Positions 60,184-64,000 of a DNA stretch of 64,000 nucleotides are shown here, piece by piece. Below the pieces are notes generated by a model that saw only the letters and a list, made by a program, of their open reading frames with translations, was not told where the DNA came from and ran no database searches. The DNA lies in assembly GCF_009914755.1 (NCBI RefSeq), contig NC_060930.1; one strand, given 5' to 3'. The stretch comes from the human T2T-CHM13v2.0 reference genome, Homo sapiens. The position numbers and the translations under genes are program-made. Every line of letters starts with the position of its first letter. The first letter of the stretch is position 1.

Positions 60184-62494
60184 TACTGAAAATGAAAAAA
60201 GAAGAAAATATATTTATTAATTTTGTAGCTTTTTAAGTGAGATTGTTTTTTCAATCATGGAGAATAATATTGAAAACGCTTCCAAAAAACAGTATCTATT
60301 AAAAACTATCTATGTAAGATCTTCAATTTAAAAAAAGGACCTGTAATTGGCTGCAAAATGTGCAACTTTGTTTTTATTCCCATGACCTGTTGATGTCCAG
60401 ATCAATGTTTTTTCTTGTAATGTAACTAGGAAGTGTAATGAATACACAATCTCATTTAATATTTATGAATCCAAAGCCAGTTTTTCTCCTTGAATTATAA
60501 ATTGAGTGTAGCACATAATTTTAACAAACTATAGGCATATATTATGTTTTTGTGAAAAATACAATGATTAGGGTAGCTGGATTTATAAGTTTGCTGTGAC
60601 TTTCGTTAACAAGCATATGAGGAGTTGGTCTCTTTGAATTAAAGCCTCATGTTAAAAAAAAGTAAACCTATAAATTACTTCAAGAGACAATACAAGAAAA
60701 CCTACCAAAATAAACTATAAATTAAATAAAGGTACACTAAAATATTTTAAGTGACAGACCCAGGGATCCCTTAGTGCTCTAATCTGTAGTGCAAAAGACA
60801 AGGAGACATGGAAATGTCAGTAAACATTTCATTGTGCAATACTCCTGCTAAACAAGAAAAGGCATTTGTCTTTGGTGTTGAAGTATTTAAGAGTGAAGAG
60901 GCAAGGTGGAAAATATAATTGAGTATTTAAAAAGTATAATTCAATTGACTGCATTGGCTACAGGGAGAACACTCTAGCAGCTGGTTGAGAGAATTCCATA
61001 CCAGGACTCTGCAGTCAGGTGCAGGATGGTTATTCATTCATCCAATGAAGCATGAGTGAAAAGCATTATCTCATGTAGAAACATTCTTATTGGTTGGTCA
61101 AAGAAGAGGAAAGAAAACTCCTGGCAAAATTAATCTCATTGACATTTCACATGTATTTTGTTCAGAATGGTTTCGGACTTATTGTTAAGAAAGTCTTATT
61201 AACTCTCTGCTCTGGGCAATATCAATAATTTCTTTGGATCTTCAAGTTTGATTTAGTCCCAAGAACAAGGAAGCTCCTGCCATAAATTACTCTCCTTGTC
61301 ACTATGAGGAAAAGACAGTTATACATTTCATTGGATTATTAAAATGGTAGAAATGATGAACTTATTTCAAAAAATATTTAACATAATGTAAAATTACCTG
61401 TTGAAATATACAATTAGTCACTTGAAAGTTCAACAGCATATCTATATAATCACAAATATATTATATATATACATATATAATTAACTGTTCTTAAGACTGT
61501 TGCTTTGAGTTTTTTATTATTGTTTTCATTCAAGTGTTTATCTGCTTTCTAGGAAAATCCTTTTTTGTTACTTGCTTTTGCCAGAATTTTCAACCTAAAG
61601 CTATCAATTATTTGTGCCAAAAATTACTAAGCTTAAGTGGTTTTTAAATTCCCTCTTTAATTTTCAGAAAGCTCTGACATTTTCTGAATCTACAGATAAC
61701 TGGTTATTTTATAATCACAGATCGTCCTTCTTAAATCACTTAAATATGCCAATAATGACTTCTTTCTATACTCAACAGCTAAATTTGAGCCTAGAACCCT
61801 GCTGGTCAGTCTAGGATGGTGTGTTTTTTATGTACTAGTGACATTTTAGAGCTCAATTCTATTTTCACTGGGGAAAGATTCTATGATTCCATTAGTCATT
61901 AGTCCTTCGAGTCTTAAGCACTGCAGTGACTATAATCTCCCAAAGAAATGAAGTGACAGAACCATTCAACATATTATAAAAATGTATAAAATTATGAAAG
62001 GAGACTAAGAAAATCAGCCTGTCATAGATGATTGTTATAACATGAATCTGCATAGTTACTCCAAAAAGGAGACAGTATATTTTATTCAGCCAGTAGTTTA
62101 TGACACTTAACCAGGCTAGTGACAAGACAAATTTGTAGTACTGTGGTTCTAATATTAAAAGCCCAGTTGCAAAGTCAAACTGAATCAATGTACTCATCCA
62201 CACATTCACACAGAGACACATAAATGCAAGCTTGAATGTCAGAAATGTAAAAACAATAAAAATAATATTGTCTGGAGTACTACTTAGACTACTATTTAGA
62301 GTGATTTAAAATCTAATGATTGCCACTACCAAATTGTGTAAATACAGATCTGGCATTTTTGGTCTATCATACTACCACTTATGAAATACAAAGGTAAAAC
62401 TGGACATGTAGTAACTCTTTTTAATATCTAAAACCCTAAATCATTCTCTGACACATCAGGGTCAATTTATCTTTTGAAAAATGTAAACTTATTA

Positions 62495-63390
62495 ATTCAT
62501 CTATACATCAAAATTTATTAAGCCTATATGAAATGCCATTGTTCTGTGTACTGGAATATAGCAGAGAACAGGAAAAACAAGGTCCATGGAAATAGGAAGA
62601 CAGCAATAAATAAGAAGATAATAAATAAAGCATGTAATTTTAGAATGTGGTCATTGCTATGAGAAAAATGAAAAAGGGAATTGCACAAGAGAGGAATTGA
62701 AAGATGGCTACTTCAAATTTAGTAATTTAGGAAGGCTTCTACATATATAATTTTATATTAATTACAATTGCAAACAAGGGAATATTTTTAACAGGAGTGC
62801 ATAACATATTTACTTTTTGTTGTTGTTGTTCAAGAGCACAATCATTGCTTTGAGGAGAATAGACTGTAGATTCTGCGGCAGAGCAAATGTGACAATGCTA
62901 ACACTGCAGATAAAAGCAATAGAGGTTGGTAGAAGTAGTGATGAAGGAAAATGGCAGGGCTTGGGAGACATCGGAAGGCAGAGTCGAGGGGATTTATTGA
63001 TGCATTGGATAAAAATGGTGTTGAGGGAAAAGACAGGATTAAGAATTATTTCCAGATTTAGCAATTATTTGCAACTGGTTTGATGGCAGTATCACTTACT
63101 GAATAAAAAAGAATGAGGAGAAATACTTGATTGAAGGTAAATTTTAGGTGTTCAAATAGCAATATCCAAAAGCAACTGACTGCATAAATCTGGAACTCAT
63201 TTAAGAGGTTAGGGCAGAATATAACTTTTGGGGAGTCAAGTTATCTCTATAAAGACATCTAAAGTTCTGAACTGGCTTTGGTTTTTTTAGGTAGAACATA
63301 TTAGAGATGAGCAAATAATGTAGAATTCAAGCTGAAGCATTTCATCCAGTCAGAATTGAAGAAGCCAAGCAGTGAGGTTAAAGAAAAACA
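62495..63390 (-). mobile_element. L2 fragments
   Basis: aaatttattaagcctatatgaaatgccattgttctgtgtactggaatatagcagagaacagg and later antisense L2 motifs. Confidence 0.65.
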
Positions 63391-63480
63391 CACAGGGTTT
63401 CTACTTATCTACTGATTCCTAACAAATCCCTTTAAATTTTAATGGTTTTAAACATGTCTTTAATAGACTCCTACAGCTTG

Positions 63481-63798
63481 CCATATACAAAAATCAAATT
63501 CAAATGAATTAAATACTTAAATATAAGACCTTAAACTATGAAACTATTGCAAGGATACACAGGGAAAAATCTCCAGGATGTTGATCTGGGCAAAATTTCT
63601 TCAGTAATACGACACAAGCACAGGCAACCAAAGCAAAAATGGACAAATTGATCATATCATGTTGAAAAGCTTCTACACAGCAAAGGAAACAATCAACACA
63701 GTGAAGACCTACAGAATGGGAGGAAATATTTGCCAACAATCCATCTAACAAGGGATTAATAACCAGAATATATAAAGAGTTCAAACCACTCTATAGGA
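63481..63798 (+). mobile_element. L1MA-type ORF2 3' fragment
   Basis: caagcacaggcaaccaaagcaaaaatggacaaa...aagcttctacacagcaaaggaaacaatcaac...ttaataaccagaatatataa. Confidence 0.85.
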
Positions 63799-64000
63799 CC
63801 ACTCTTTATGTGTGTATGTGGTTAGTGGTGTGGGTAGCTCTTTCCCCTCTGTATAAATCTGTGAAAGCTGCAGATTTAAATTCAATCTCCTCCCTATAGG
63901 GGGTAAGTAGAGATAATAAATTAGTGTTTAACAAAGAAGATTATTGAGAAGGCCTTGGAATGGGCAGAGAAGTGGGGCAGTAGGTTAGTCTTTTATTAAA

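Overview
Human (or at least hominid) nuclear DNA. The window is AT-rich, mostly interspersed repeat, and intergenic or deep intronic. It is not prokaryotic or phage sequence, and I see no recognisable host protein-coding gene, RNA gene or CRISPR array. Species evidence: two almost consensus-perfect AluYb8 copies (14605-14914, 48121-48426) and an SVA fragment. Main elements: (1) a full-length but dead L1PA4-like LINE-1 (53520-60117) with an antisense SVA SINE-R inserted in ORF1, an open ORF0-like frame, and an Alu 3' fragment inside its target-site duplication (TSD); (2) an internally deleted ERVL provirus (about 34520-38632) with nested AluJ and MLT1; (3) solo LTRs (LTR7/HERV-H, THE1B, THE1D/MSTA, MLT2, LTR40, probable LTR15); (4) DNA transposon relics, about a dozen Alus and many old L1M/L2/MIR pieces. 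Nearly all ORFs in the track are by-products of repeats or AT-rich noise. I found no evidence for a new biological system. The best unexplained item is a 1.1 kb antisense insert (26091-27213) with a polyA signal, A-tail remnant and 13-bp TSD that splits an L1MB. It looks like an orphan 3'UTR-only retrocopy or transduction. Other oddities are an L-R-R trimeric Alu, an AT-rich palindrome cluster, a 48-bp templated duplicate, micro-inversions in old L1s and a few well-formed candidate non-coding exons. Subfamily names come from my recall of consensus sequences and need RepeatMasker/Dfam confirmation. Boundaries of old elements are approximate.
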